In this document: positions 6,802-15,943 of the stretch, one piece after another
Position numbering within the stretch: the stretch's first letter is position 1
Layout of the letters: each line of letters begins with the position of its first letter
From: Candidatus Methylomirabilia bacterium
GTDB lineage: Bacteria; Methylomirabilota; Methylomirabilia; Rokubacteriales; CSP1-6
DNA: 16,120 bases
Assembly (NCBI GenBank): GCA_046758965.1
Contig: JBHIBG010000061.1
Span: 1-16,120, forward strand
Direction of reading: 5' to 3'
Position numbers and translations under genes: made by a program
The notes under the pieces: generated by a model
The model's database searches: none
Told to the model about the DNA's origin: nothing
The model's input: only the letters and a program-made list of their open reading frames with translations

Positions 6802-8205
6802 ATGCCCTCCAGCAGCCGAGAGCCAAAACCCTGGGGGGGCCGCTTCAGCGACACCCCCCATCCTGCCGCCGAACAGTTCACCGCCTCGCTCGCCTTTGAT
6901 CGGCGCCTCTGGCCCTACGACCTCGAAGGGAGCCGAGCCTGGGCCCGAGCGCTCCGGGGCTCCGGGCTCCTGACCGACTCTGAGCTGGCCGCGCTCCTGA
7001 AAGGCCTGGACGAGGTGGGGCGAGAGCTGGAAAACGGGAGCTTCCCCTTCCGCCCCGAACTCGAGGATATCCACATGAACATCGAGCGACGCCTCCAGGA
7101 GAAGGTGGGGGCGGTCGGTGGGAAGCTGCACACCGGGCGCTCGCGGAACGACCAGATCGCCCTGGACGAGCGCCTCTACCTTCGGGAGACGATCCGGCAT
7201 GTCGACGGCGGACTTCGCGAGAGCCAGGCCGCTCTGATCGCCAGGGCTGAGGAGCACCTCGAGAGCCCCATGCCCGGCTACACCCACCTCCAGCGAGCTC
7301 AACCGATCCTCGTCTCCCACCACCTGCTGGCTTATGTCTTCATGCTCCACCGGGATCGGGAACGCTTCCGGGACTGCCTGGACCGGATCAACGTGCTTCC
7401 CTTGGGGTCGGCAGCCCTGGCCGGCTCCGCCTTCCCCATCGACCGGGAGGCCCTGGCGCGGGCCCTCGGCTTCGCCGCGGTGTCGTCCAACAGCCTGGAT
7501 GCGGTGAGCGATCGGGATGTGCTCATCGAATTCCTGGGAGCCACGGCCATTGTCGGCATGCACCTCTCCCGCCTTGCCACCGACCTCACCCTCTGGGCCA
7601 CCGTCGAATTCGGGTTCGTGGAGTTCGCCGAGGGCTTCGCCACGGGGTCCTCGATCATGCCTCAGAAGAAGAACCCGGACGTGGCCGAGCTGATCCGGGG
7701 CAAGACGGGGCGGCTCTACGGCAATCTCATGGCCGTCCTCACAACCATGAAAGGGCTTCCGCTGGCGTACAACTCAGACCTCCAGGAGGATAAGGAGGCG
7801 CTTTTCGACAGCGTAGACACCCTCGAGGCCATCCTGACCGTCCTCCCCCCCCTGCTGGGATCCCTGACGTTCAACCTCGAGCGGATGCGGGAGGCGGCAG
7901 GGGCCGACTTCGCCACCGCGACCGACCTGGCTGACTACCTGGTGCGCAAGGGAACCCCCTTCCGCCAGGCCCACGAGATCGTCGGGAAGGCGGTCAAGCA
8001 CTGCCTGGAGCGGGGCAAACGCCTGGAGCAGCTCGATCAGGACGAGCTCAAGCAGCTCTCGCCTCTGCTCGAGGCTGATCTCTTCAACGCCATCACCGTG
8101 GAGGCCTCACTCCGGGCGCGCACGGTGATCGGAGGGACTGCTCCCGAAGCCGTCCGGAGCGCTCTGGCCACCGCAAAAGCTCTCATCGCCGAAAGGGTCG
8201 AATGA
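6802..8205 (+). CDS. argH: Argininosuccinate lyase
   Basis: WGGRF, EDIHMNIE, KLHTGRSRNDQ, MPGYTHLQRAQP, GSSIMPQKKNPD signature, YNSDLQEDKE. ATG 6802 is preferred because the ORF-track TTG at 6763 is the -35 box. Confidence 0.97.
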   Translation: MPSSSREPKPWGGRFSDTPHPAAEQFTASLAFDRRLWPYDLEGSRAWARALRGSGLLTDSELAALLKGLDEVGRELENGSFPFRPELEDIHMNIERRLQEKVGAVGGKLHTGRSRNDQIALDERLYLRETIRHVDGGLRESQAALIARAEEHLESPMPGYTHLQRAQPILVSHHLLAYVFMLHRDRERFRDCLDRINVLPLGSAALAGSAFPIDREALARALGFAAVSSNSLDAVSDRDVLIEFLGATAIVGMHLSRLATDLTLWATVEFGFVEFAEGFATGSSIMPQKKNPDVAELIRGKTGRLYGNLMAVLTTMKGLPLAYNSDLQEDKEALFDSVDTLEAILTVLPPLLGSLTFNLERMREAAGADFATATDLADYLVRKGTPFRQAHEIVGKAVKHCLERGKRLEQLDQDELKQLSPLLEADLFNAITVEASLRARTVIGGTAPEAVRSALATAKALIAERVE

Positions 8206-9272
8206 GGCGGTACCTCCCGCTGGCCCTGATTGGCCTCGCCGCGGCGGGGTGCGGGATCAAAGAGCCGCCGGTCGCCCCCGAGCGCCGGGTCCCGGCCGCC
8301 GTGTCGGGGCTCAGCGCCACGGTGGAGGGGGCTGCTGTCGTCCTGACCTGGACCAACCCGAGCAGGCGTGCTGACGGGAGCCGGCTCCCGGACCTCACGA
8401 CGCTTCGCGTCTACCGGCGAGAGCAGCCTCGGCAGGGGAAGCCGAAGCCAGCCGTGCTCTCGCGTGGAAAAGTCGTCGGCTACGACGAGGTGGCGGCGAT
8501 CCGCCTGTCAGCCCCGGCCCCGGCAGAGGTGGAAGGGAGCCGCGTGCGCTGGAGCGACCGGACGACGCTTACCGTCGGCCGTCGCTACGTCTATACCGTC
8601 AGGGCCGTGGACAAGATCGGCCGGTCGAGTCACCCCTCGGACCGAGTGGCGATCATCTTCCTGGCAGCCCCCGAACCGCCCGAGAGCCTCGCCGTGATCC
8701 CCGGGGAGAGGGAAGCCCGCCTGAGCTGGAAACCGCCCAGGACTCTCGTTGACGGCACGGCTGTCGCCGGCAGGCTGGTCTACCAGGTCCTGCGAACGCC
8801 CATCGCTTGGGCGGCGCCCACGCCCATCACGCCTGACCCGATCGAGACGACGAGCTTCAGAGACCGCGGGCTTCAAAACGGGCAGACCTACTACTACGGG
8901 GTGCGCGCGATCCGCATCGAGCCGGCGGGGGAGGCCCGGAGCGAGCTGTCCGAGGTCGTGGCCGCCACCCCGGTGGACCTCACGCCCCCCGCGGCGCCCA
9001 CCAACTTGGTCGCGATCCCCTCGGCCAAGGCGGTGCGCCTGCTCTGGAACCGGAGCCCTGAGGCGGACGTCGCCGGGTATTTCGTCTATCGCGCCGGGCG
9101 CCCCGGGGGGGCGTACGCCCGGCTGAACCCCAGGCCGATCCAGACCACGCGCTTTGTCGACCGGAGCGTCGAGCCGGGCGAGAGCTACGCCTACGTGGTG
9201 ACCGCGGTGGACCGGGCCAAGCGCGCCAATGAGAGCGCCCGCTCCAACGAGGCGACAGTCTCCGTCCCTTGA
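8202..9272 (+). CDS. Lipoprotein with about three fibronectin type III-like domains
   Basis: Signal peptide with lipobox LAAAG-C; three repeats of L.W...Y.VYR...D..(L/V)..G..Y.Y.V.AV. ATGA overlap with the argH stop. Confidence 0.85.
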   Translation: MRRYLPLALIGLAAAGCGIKEPPVAPERRVPAAVSGLSATVEGAAVVLTWTNPSRRADGSRLPDLTTLRVYRREQPRQGKPKPAVLSRGKVVGYDEVAAIRLSAPAPAEVEGSRVRWSDRTTLTVGRRYVYTVRAVDKIGRSSHPSDRVAIIFLAAPEPPESLAVIPGEREARLSWKPPRTLVDGTAVAGRLVYQVLRTPIAWAAPTPITPDPIETTSFRDRGLQNGQTYYYGVRAIRIEPAGEARSELSEVVAATPVDLTPPAAPTNLVAIPSAKAVRLLWNRSPEADVAGYFVYRAGRPGGAYARLNPRPIQTTRFVDRSVEPGESYAYVVTAVDRAKRANESARSNEATVSVP

Positions 9273-9297
9273 CTTCACTCCTCGCGGATGCTACGGT
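9269..9297 (+). promoter_or_regulatory. Putative internal sigma70 promoter for the lysA-dap genes
   Basis: TTGACT (9269-9274, overlapping the upstream TGA stop)-N17-TACGGT (9292-9297), with extended -10 TG at 9289-9290. SD GAGG before ATG 9326. Confidence 0.6.
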
Positions 9298-9325
9298 CTC
9301 GAACACCTAGCTGAGTGAGGCGCGG

Positions 9326-10603
9326 ATGGACCACTTCAGGTATCACAGCGGGAAGCTCTGCTGCGAGTCAACGCTTCTCGACGCCATCGCTGAGGCCGTC
9401 GGCACTCCCACTTACGTCTACTCCAAGCGTGCCCTCCTCGAGAGCTTCGATGCCTACGAGCGGGCCCTGGCGGGGATCCCCCATCTGATCGCCTACTCGG
9501 TGAAGGCCAACGCGACCCTCGCGGTCCTCGCCACCCTGGCCCGCGCCGGGGCTGGCGCTGACGTCCTTTCCGGAGGAGAGCTCTTCCGGGCGCTCAAGGC
9601 CGGCCTGCGCCCCAAGAAGATCACCTTCGCCGGGGTGGGGAAAAGCCGCGAGGAGATGCGCGAGGCGCTCAAAGCCGATATCCTGATGTTCAATGTGGAG
9701 TCTCTGTCCGAGCTGCGCCACCTCGATCAGACGGCGCGGGAGCTCGGACTCCGCGCCCCGGTCGCGCTCAGGGTGAACCCGGACGTGGATTCCCGAACCC
9801 ACCCGTACATCGCCACCGGGCTCAAGTCCTCCAAGTTCGGGATCCCCATCGCGCGGGCGCTGGACGAATATGAGGCGGCCCGGAGGCTTCCGGGGATCGA
9901 CGTGCTGGGGGTGCATATGCACATCGGCTCCCAGCTCACTGAGACCTCGTCGTTCGCCGACGCCCTGGGGCGGGTCGCCGAGCTGGTGGAGGCGCTCCGC
10001 CGTCAAGGAATTCAGATCCAGTATCTGGACGCCGGCGGGGGGCTCGGGATCCGGTACAGAGACGAGAACCCTCCCACCCCGAGCGAATACGTGGACGCCC
10101 TCCTGCCGGTCGTCAGAGCCCTCGGCGTGACCTTGATCCTCGAACCCGGACGATCCATTGTCGGAAACGCCGGTGCGCTCCTGACGCGCGTCCTCTATCT
10201 CAAGGAGAACGGCGACAAGCGCTTCGTGATCGTGGATGCCGCCATGAACGACCTGATCCGCCCGAGCCTCTACGACGCCTACCACGAGATCCGACCGGTC
10301 CGGGCGGCCAGCGGCGGCTCGACCTCGGTGGTGGACGTGGTGGGCCCGATCTGCGAGTCCGGGGATTTTCTGGCGAAGGATCGTGAGCTGGCCGAGGGGC
10401 GGGAGGGCGACCTCCTGGCCGTGATGAGCGCCGGCGCCTACGCCTTCGCCATGGCCTCCAACTACAATGCCCGGCCCCGGGCGGCCGAGGTCCTGGTGGA
10501 CGGAGAGCGCTACGCCGTCGTGAGGCGGCGGGAGAGCTACGAGGATCTGATCGCCGGCGAGCAGTTCGCCAGCGACCTTGCCTTCGAAGGAGGAGAGCAA
10601 TGA
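9326..10603 (+). CDS. lysA: Diaminopimelate decarboxylase
   Basis: GTPTYVYS, YSVKAN (PLP Lys), SKFGI, HMHIGSQ, GGGLGI, EPGRSIVG, GPICESGD, GAY..MASNYNARPR. Confidence 0.97.
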   Translation: MDHFRYHSGKLCCESTLLDAIAEAVGTPTYVYSKRALLESFDAYERALAGIPHLIAYSVKANATLAVLATLARAGAGADVLSGGELFRALKAGLRPKKITFAGVGKSREEMREALKADILMFNVESLSELRHLDQTARELGLRAPVALRVNPDVDSRTHPYIATGLKSSKFGIPIARALDEYEAARRLPGIDVLGVHMHIGSQLTETSSFADALGRVAELVEALRRQGIQIQYLDAGGGLGIRYRDENPPTPSEYVDALLPVVRALGVTLILEPGRSIVGNAGALLTRVLYLKENGDKRFVIVDAAMNDLIRPSLYDAYHEIRPVRAASGGSTSVVDVVGPICESGDFLAKDRELAEGREGDLLAVMSAGAYAFAMASNYNARPRAAEVLVDGERYAVVRRRESYEDLIAGEQFASDLAFEGGEQ

Positions 10604-11493
10604 CACGCGCGAGGCTTGAGGGCTCCATTGTGGCGCTGGTGACCCCGTTCCGGGACGGGCGCGTGGACGAGGCCACGCTCCGGGAGCTCGTGGAGTTCCA
10701 CGTCACTCACGGCACGGACGGCATCGTCCCCTGCGGGACCACCGGCGAATCCCCCACGCTCTCTCACGACGAGCACCGGCGGGTGGTGGAGATCGTCGTG
10801 GAGACCGCGCGGGGCCGGATCCCGGTCATGGCGGGGACAGGCTCCAACTCCACGGCCGAGGCCATCAACCTGACGATCCACGCCCGGAAGGCGGGGGCGG
10901 CCGCCGCGCTGGTCGTCTCTCCGTACTACAACAAGCCCACCCAGAAGGGGCTGTACGAGCACTTCAAGGCCATTGCGGAGTCCGCGGACCTGCCCATCTT
11001 CGTCTACAACATCCAGGGCCGGACGGCGGTCAACGTGGAAACCGACACGCTCGCGCGGCTGGCCAGCGAGGTGAAGAACATCGTCGGCGTCAAGGAGGCC
11101 TCGGGCTCCCTTGAACAGATGACCCAGGTGATCCTCGCCTGTCGGCCTGACTTCACGGTGCTGTCGGGCGACGACACCCTGACCCTCCCGCTGATGGCCC
11201 TGGGCGGGCGAGGCGTGATCTCGGTGGTCGCCAACATCGTCCCCGCGGAGACCAGAGAGATGACGCACGCGGCCCTCGAGGGGGATTGGAAGCGCGCGCG
11301 CGAGCTCCACCTCCGGCTCTTCCCGCTCGCGAAGGCCATGTTCGTCGAGACCAACCCGATCCCGGTCAAAGAGGCGATGGCGCTGATGGGGACGATCGCC
11401 CCGGAGTTCAGGCTCCCGCTCTGCCGGATGGCCGAGGGCAACCGCGAGCGTCTCAAGAAGGCGCTGATCCAGTTCGGCCTGGCCAAGGGGTGA
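10600..11493 (+). CDS. dapA: 4-hydroxy-tetrahydrodipicolinate synthase
   Basis: ALVTPF, GTTGESPTLS, PYYNKPTQ, YNIQGRT, GVKEASG (Schiff-base Lys), LSGDD, ETNPIPVK. ATGA overlap with lysA and SD AGGAG. Confidence 0.97.
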   Translation: MTRARLEGSIVALVTPFRDGRVDEATLRELVEFHVTHGTDGIVPCGTTGESPTLSHDEHRRVVEIVVETARGRIPVMAGTGSNSTAEAINLTIHARKAGAAAALVVSPYYNKPTQKGLYEHFKAIAESADLPIFVYNIQGRTAVNVETDTLARLASEVKNIVGVKEASGSLEQMTQVILACRPDFTVLSGDDTLTLPLMALGGRGVISVVANIVPAETREMTHAALEGDWKRARELHLRLFPLAKAMFVETNPIPVKEAMALMGTIAPEFRLPLCRMAEGNRERLKKALIQFGLAKG

Positions 11494-11527
11494 TGAGTCG
11501 AGCGGGCGGAGTCACTCCGGACCGACG

Positions 11528-12331
11528 ATGACCGACGTAGTGGTGGCCGGCGCGGGAGGCCGGATGGGGTCCCGGGTCGTCGCCTGCCTGAGGGAGGAGA
11601 AGGACCTCCGCCTGGTCGGCGCCCTGGAAGCCCCGGGCCACCCGACCATCGGCCGCGACGCGGGGGAGGTGGCGGGAATCGGGAGGACCGGGGTGGCTGT
11701 CAGCGCTGATCCGGTCGCGCTCCTGGTCGCCGCGCGGATCCTGATCGAGTTCTCGACGCCCGAGGCGAGCCTGGAGCACTTGAGAGCGGCAGCGCGCGCC
11801 GGAGCCAGAGCCGTCATCGGGACCACCGGCTTTTCCCAGGCCCAGCGCGAGGAGATCGCCGCCCTCGCCCGCGAGGCGCCCGTCCTTCTCTCCCCCAACA
11901 TGAGTGTCGGAGTCAACCTGGCCTTCAAGGTTCTGGCCCAGATCGCCTCGGTGCTGGGGGACGAGTACGACGTGGAGATCACCGAGATCCACCACCGCGG
12001 GAAAAAGGATGCCCCCAGCGGCACCGCGCTCAGGATGGCCGAGGTGATCGCCCAGGCCCTCGGCCGAGATCTCGGCCGGGTAGCGGTGTATGGCCGGCAG
12101 GGCATGCCGGGGGAGCGCTCCCGCCAGGAAATCGGCATTCTCTCCCTTCGCTCCGGCGATGTGGTCGGCGAGCACACGGCCTCCTTCGGCACCCTCGGCG
12201 AGCGGCTCGAGCTGACCCATCGAGCCCACAGCCGCGACACCTTCGCCAGGGGCGCGCTGCGCGCGGCGAAGTTCATCAGCCGGGCTTCCCCGGGCCTCTA
12301 CTCCATGCAAGATGTGCTCGGGCTCAAGTAG
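11528..12331 (+). CDS. dapB: 4-hydroxy-tetrahydrodipicolinate reductase
   Basis: GAGGRMG, VIGTTG, SPNMSVGVN, EIHHRGKKDAPSGTA, GDVVGEH, THRAHSRDTFARGA. Confidence 0.97.
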   Translation: MTDVVVAGAGGRMGSRVVACLREEKDLRLVGALEAPGHPTIGRDAGEVAGIGRTGVAVSADPVALLVAARILIEFSTPEASLEHLRAAARAGARAVIGTTGFSQAQREEIAALAREAPVLLSPNMSVGVNLAFKVLAQIASVLGDEYDVEITEIHHRGKKDAPSGTALRMAEVIAQALGRDLGRVAVYGRQGMPGERSRQEIGILSLRSGDVVGEHTASFGTLGERLELTHRAHSRDTFARGALRAAKFISRASPGLYSMQDVLGLK

Positions 12332-12407
12332 CCGGCCGGCTCTGAGAGATGCCTGAGCCGGACTATTCACGAACGAAGCGGGGGGCCGGCGGGCGGCGAA
12401 TTGAATA

Positions 12408-13583
12408 ATGTCGGCTAAGAGGGTGGAGCTGGCCGAGCGGTTGAAGCGTCTGCCGCCGTACCTGTTTGCCGAAATCGACCGGAAGAAGCGCCAGGTGCGG
12501 GCCCGCGGCGTGGATGTGATCGACACGGGGATCGGCGACCCGGACCTGCCGACCCCAGCCCACGTGATCCAGGCTCTCCAGAAGGCCGCCGAAGACCCCG
12601 AGAACCACCGCTACCCCTCCTACGAGGGCCTGCCGGCCTTTCGCCAGGCGGTGGCTGACTGGTATGCCCGGCGCTTCCGGGTCCAGCTCGATCCTGAGCG
12701 CGAGGTCCTGACGCTGATCGGGGCGAAGGAAGGGACGGCCCATATGCCCCTGGCCTTCGTGAACCCTGGCGACCTCGTCCTGGTCCCCGACCCCGGCTAC
12801 CCGGTGTACGCCGCCGGGACCTGGTTCGCGGAAGGGCAGGTTCACTTCATGCCCCTCCGTCGGGAACGCGGATTTCTTCCCGATCTCGGGGAGATCCCGC
12901 CGGCGGTTGCCCGTCGCGCCAAACTCATCTACCTCAACTATCCCAACAACCCCACGGCGGCGTGCGCCACCCGGGGGTTCTTCAGCGAGGTGGTCGCCTT
13001 CGCCATGAAGCACGGGATCCTCGTCTGCCACGACGCCATGTACTCCGAGCTCAAGTTCGACGGCTACGAGCCGCCCAGCTTTCTGGAGGCGGACGGGGCG
13101 CGGGAGGTGGGCGTGGAGTTCCACTCCCTGTCCAAGACCTACTCCATGACCGGCTGGCGGATCGGATTCTGCGTGGGGAACGCGGAGGCACTCGCCGGAC
13201 TCGGCAAGATCAAGACCAATGTCGACTCGGGAGCCTTCCAGGCTGTTCAGCACGCCGGCATCGCCGCGCTCTCCGGGCCCCAGGATGCCCCCGAGCGATA
13301 CCGGAAGATCTATCAGGAGCGGCGGGACATCGTGGTCCGGGGGCTCACGGCCCTCGGGTGGGAGGTGGGTGTCCCGAAGGCCACCTTCTTCGTCTGGGCA
13401 CCGGTGCCGAAGGGGCTCGACTCCAGGGCCTTCGCCGCGCGGCTCCTGGAGGAGGCAGGGGTGGTGGTGACGCCGGGGGTCGGCTTCGGCGCCTCGGGCG
13501 AGGGCTTCTATCGGATCGCGTTGACGATCGAGGCCGCCCGGCTCGCCGAAGCCATGGAGCGGCTCACGAGGCTCCGGGTGTGA
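12408..13583 (+). CDS. dapL: LL-diaminopimelate aminotransferase (class I/II PLP aminotransferase)
   Basis: [55 protein letters not shown] (PLP Lys), located in the dap cluster. Alternative start GTG 12423. Confidence 0.88.
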   Translation: MSAKRVELAERLKRLPPYLFAEIDRKKRQVRARGVDVIDTGIGDPDLPTPAHVIQALQKAAEDPENHRYPSYEGLPAFRQAVADWYARRFRVQLDPEREVLTLIGAKEGTAHMPLAFVNPGDLVLVPDPGYPVYAAGTWFAEGQVHFMPLRRERGFLPDLGEIPPAVARRAKLIYLNYPNNPTAACATRGFFSEVVAFAMKHGILVCHDAMYSELKFDGYEPPSFLEADGAREVGVEFHSLSKTYSMTGWRIGFCVGNAEALAGLGKIKTNVDSGAFQAVQHAGIAALSGPQDAPERYRKIYQERRDIVVRGLTALGWEVGVPKATFFVWAPVPKGLDSRAFAARLLEEAGVVVTPGVGFGASGEGFYRIALTIEAARLAEAMERLTRLRV

Positions 13584-13966
13584 GCACGGCTCTCCCGTCC
13601 CGGGGAGGCTCTGATAAGATATTTATCGAGGATCTCCGCTTCTATGGCTACCACGGAGTGAGCCGCGCCCAGCAGGCGGTCGGGACCTGGTTCTCGGTGG
13701 ACCTGGAGCTCGCGCTGGACCTGACTCCGGCGGCCCTCTCCGACGATCTGGGCGCTACCGTGGACTACACCGAGGTGGCGCGGCGGGTGGTGGAGATCGG
13801 GACGAAGGAGCGGGTGAACCTCCTGGAGCGCCTGGCGGCTCTTGTGGCGGAGACCCTCCTCCGGGAGTTTCCGGCGCAGGCGATCCGGGTGCGGATCAAG
13901 AAGCTGACTCCCCCCATGGAGGGGCTCCACGCCTTCCCGGGTGTGGAGCTGGTGCGGCAGCGCTAA
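13580..13966 (+). CDS. folB: Dihydroneopterin aldolase
   Basis: Only the C-terminal part of ORF 12962..13966 is credible: [43 protein letters not shown] 13580 overlaps the dapL stop (GTGA). Confidence 0.92.
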   Translation: MSTALPSRGGSDKIFIEDLRFYGYHGVSRAQQAVGTWFSVDLELALDLTPAALSDDLGATVDYTEVARRVVEIGTKERVNLLERLAALVAETLLREFPAQAIRVRIKKLTPPMEGLHAFPGVELVRQR

Positions 13967-13970
13967 GAGC

Positions 13971-14519
13971 ATGGCACGCGTCTTTTTGAGCCTGGGCTCC
14001 AACGTGGGCGATCGCCTCGCGCACCTGCGCGAGGCCGTGCGCAGGCTCAGGGAATTCCCCGACGTCGAGTTCCTGGATGTCTCCCGGCTCTACGAGACCG
14101 AGCCCTGGGACAGCCCTCCGGGCGAGGTTCCTGACCGGGCGCGCTGGTTCCTGAACTGCGTGGTGGCGATCGAAACGTCCGTGGCCCCGTGGGATCTCCT
14201 GGAATCGCTCCAGGGGCTCGAGGCGGAGCTGGGGCGCCCGCGCTCGGGCGCCGCCCCCGAAGCGACCCGCGCGGAGCCGCGCACCATGGACATCGACATC
14301 CTCTTCTATGGGGACCAGGTCATCAGCGCCTCCGAGCGCCTCCACATCCCCCATCTCTTTCTCCACGAGCGCGGTTTCGTGCTGCGGCCGCTGGCGGAGC
14401 TCGCTCCGGATTTCGAGCATCCGGTGCTGTATCAGACCGTTCGCGAGCTCCTGGACGAGCTGGAGGACGACCACCAGGTGTTCGCCTCCGACCTTCCGCG
14501 CCGTTGGTTCCTCTTCTGA
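13971..14519 (+). CDS. folK: 2-amino-4-hydroxy-6-hydroxymethyldihydropteridine diphosphokinase (HPPK)
   Basis: FLSLGSNVGDR, SRLYETEPW, FLNCV, PRTMDIDIL, LHIPH..HERGFVLRPLAELAP. ATG is 4 nt after the folB stop. Confidence 0.95.
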   Translation: MARVFLSLGSNVGDRLAHLREAVRRLREFPDVEFLDVSRLYETEPWDSPPGEVPDRARWFLNCVVAIETSVAPWDLLESLQGLEAELGRPRSGAAPEATRAEPRTMDIDILFYGDQVISASERLHIPHLFLHERGFVLRPLAELAPDFEHPVLYQTVRELLDELEDDHQVFASDLPRRWFLF

Positions 14520-14576
14520 CAGGGCTCGCGACTTCCCGTCTAGGGTCCCTGCGAGCCGAGACACGCAAGCCCCCCC

Positions 14577-15098
14577 ATGGCTGACCCCGAGTTCCACCGC
14601 CAGGCGCTGAGCCACCTGGACGCCCTCTACAACCTGGCGGTCTACCTCACCAGGAACGGGGCCGAGGCCGAAGACCTCGTCCAGGAGACCTATCTTCGCG
14701 CCTTCCGCTTCTCCCATCGCTTCCAGCGCGGAACCAACCTCAAGGCCTGGATGTTTCAAATACTGAGAAACACGTTCTTGACCTTCTACCACGAGCGGGA
14801 GCGCGAACCACCCATCTCGGAGGAGCGCATGACCGATGAGCCTGCCCCCATGTTCCACGACGCGCCGGTCGAGGATCGGGCGAGCGTAGAGGCTCACGCC
14901 GACCTCGGACGGGCGCTGGCCCGACTCCCCGAGGAGTTCCGGACCGTTCTCCTGCTGGCGGAGGTGGAGGAGTTACGCCTCGAGGAGGTGGCGCAGATCA
15001 TGGGGTGCCCGGTGGGGACGGTGAAGTCGCGGGTCTTCCGGGCGAAGGAGCGGCTCAGGGAGATTCTGAAAGACTACGAGGGAGGCCTCACGCCCTGA
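14577..15098 (+). CDS. ECF-family RNA polymerase sigma factor
   Basis: Region 2 EAEDLVQETYLRAF...NLKAWMFQILRN and region 4 ALARLPEEFR...EEVAQIMGCPVGTVKSRVFRAK; 173 aa. Confidence 0.95.
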   Translation: MADPEFHRQALSHLDALYNLAVYLTRNGAEAEDLVQETYLRAFRFSHRFQRGTNLKAWMFQILRNTFLTFYHEREREPPISEERMTDEPAPMFHDAPVEDRASVEAHADLGRALARLPEEFRTVLLLAEVEELRLEEVAQIMGCPVGTVKSRVFRAKERLREILKDYEGGLTP

Positions 15099-15904
15099 TG
15101 GACTGTCAGGAGCTCTGGCATGAGATGGGGGAGTGGCGCCACAGGCGTCTTCTGCCCGACCGGGCCCGGGAGCTGGAGGCTCACCTGGATGCCTGCCCGG
15201 ATTGCCAGCAGTGGGAGCGCGATGAGCAGGCGGTCCATCGGCTCCTGACCGAGCGTCTTCCCCGTTATGCCGCACCGGTCCGCCTGGCACAGCAGATCGG
15301 AGATGCCGCCACCCCACGGCAATCCTGGTGGTGGGCGCCGGCCTGCGCGGCCCTGGCCGCCGCCATGCTGGCGATCCTGCTCTTCCTCGGGCTGCCGCGC
15401 CCCGGTGAGCCCGAGCTGCTCCAGCAGCTCGTCCACACCGCGATCTCCGAGCATACGCGAGCTCTCCTCCGGTATCCCCACGCGGAAGCCGTTCCCGCTG
15501 CTCTCCCGCATCTGATGGAGCGGACCGGGGTCGGGTTCTGGGGATTCTTCGAGGGCGACGAACAGATCCGGCTCCTCGGAGCTGAGCCCGTGGTCCTGGA
15601 CGGCGAGCGGGGTCTGGCCCTTTTCTACAACGGCCCCGGAGACCACATGATCACCTATCTCATCCTGCCCGGGGCGAGACTCACCCTCCCCGAACGGGAC
15701 CGGGTCCAGATCGGCCCCTCCCGTCCCATGCTCGCCCGGCAGAAGGGCTACTCGGTCTTCGTCTGGAAACAGGAGTCGCTGGCCTGCCTCCTGATCTCCG
15801 ACCTGGTGTCGGAGAGTGAGCTCGCGCGCTTTCGCGAGTACTTCCTCGTGATCCGCTCCAACACTGACCCCTACCCGCTCAGCGGGCCCTCGCCTCGCTC
15901 CTAA
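15098..15904 (+). CDS. Transmembrane zinc-binding anti-sigma factor (ZAS/zf-HC2, RsiW-like)
   Basis: TGATG coupling to the sigma stop; MDC...HLDACPDC (HxxxCxxC), TM segment WWWAPACAALAAAMLAILLFLGL, then an extracytoplasmic domain. Confidence 0.9.
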   Translation: MDCQELWHEMGEWRHRRLLPDRARELEAHLDACPDCQQWERDEQAVHRLLTERLPRYAAPVRLAQQIGDAATPRQSWWWAPACAALAAAMLAILLFLGLPRPGEPELLQQLVHTAISEHTRALLRYPHAEAVPAALPHLMERTGVGFWGFFEGDEQIRLLGAEPVVLDGERGLALFYNGPGDHMITYLILPGARLTLPERDRVQIGPSRPMLARQKGYSVFVWKQESLACLLISDLVSESELARFREYFLVIRSNTDPYPLSGPSPRS

Positions 15905-15943
15905 TGAGACACGCGTAAGTAACGGAAAGCCATCCACTGACTC

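Noticed and set aside
9273..9325. Lysine riboswitch or attenuator upstream of lysA
   Set aside because: The gap is only about 53 bp and is largely occupied by a promoter candidate and SD, too short for an L-box.
9368..13253. Long minus-strand ORFs opposite lysA, dapA, dapB and dapL (412, 257, 357 and 296 aa)
   Set aside because: Typical stop-poor antisense shadows in high-GC coding DNA, with no family motifs.
12962..13579. Apparent long N-terminal extension or fusion on FolB
   Set aside because: An alternative-frame overlap with dapL giving low-complexity Arg-rich sequence. A GTG overlapping the dapL stop gives a normal-length FolB.
14520..14576. Autoregulatory ECF promoter or terminator before the sigma gene
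   Set aside because: No convincing AAC/CGT-type boxes at correct spacing, and the inverted repeat has a long loop and no U-tract.
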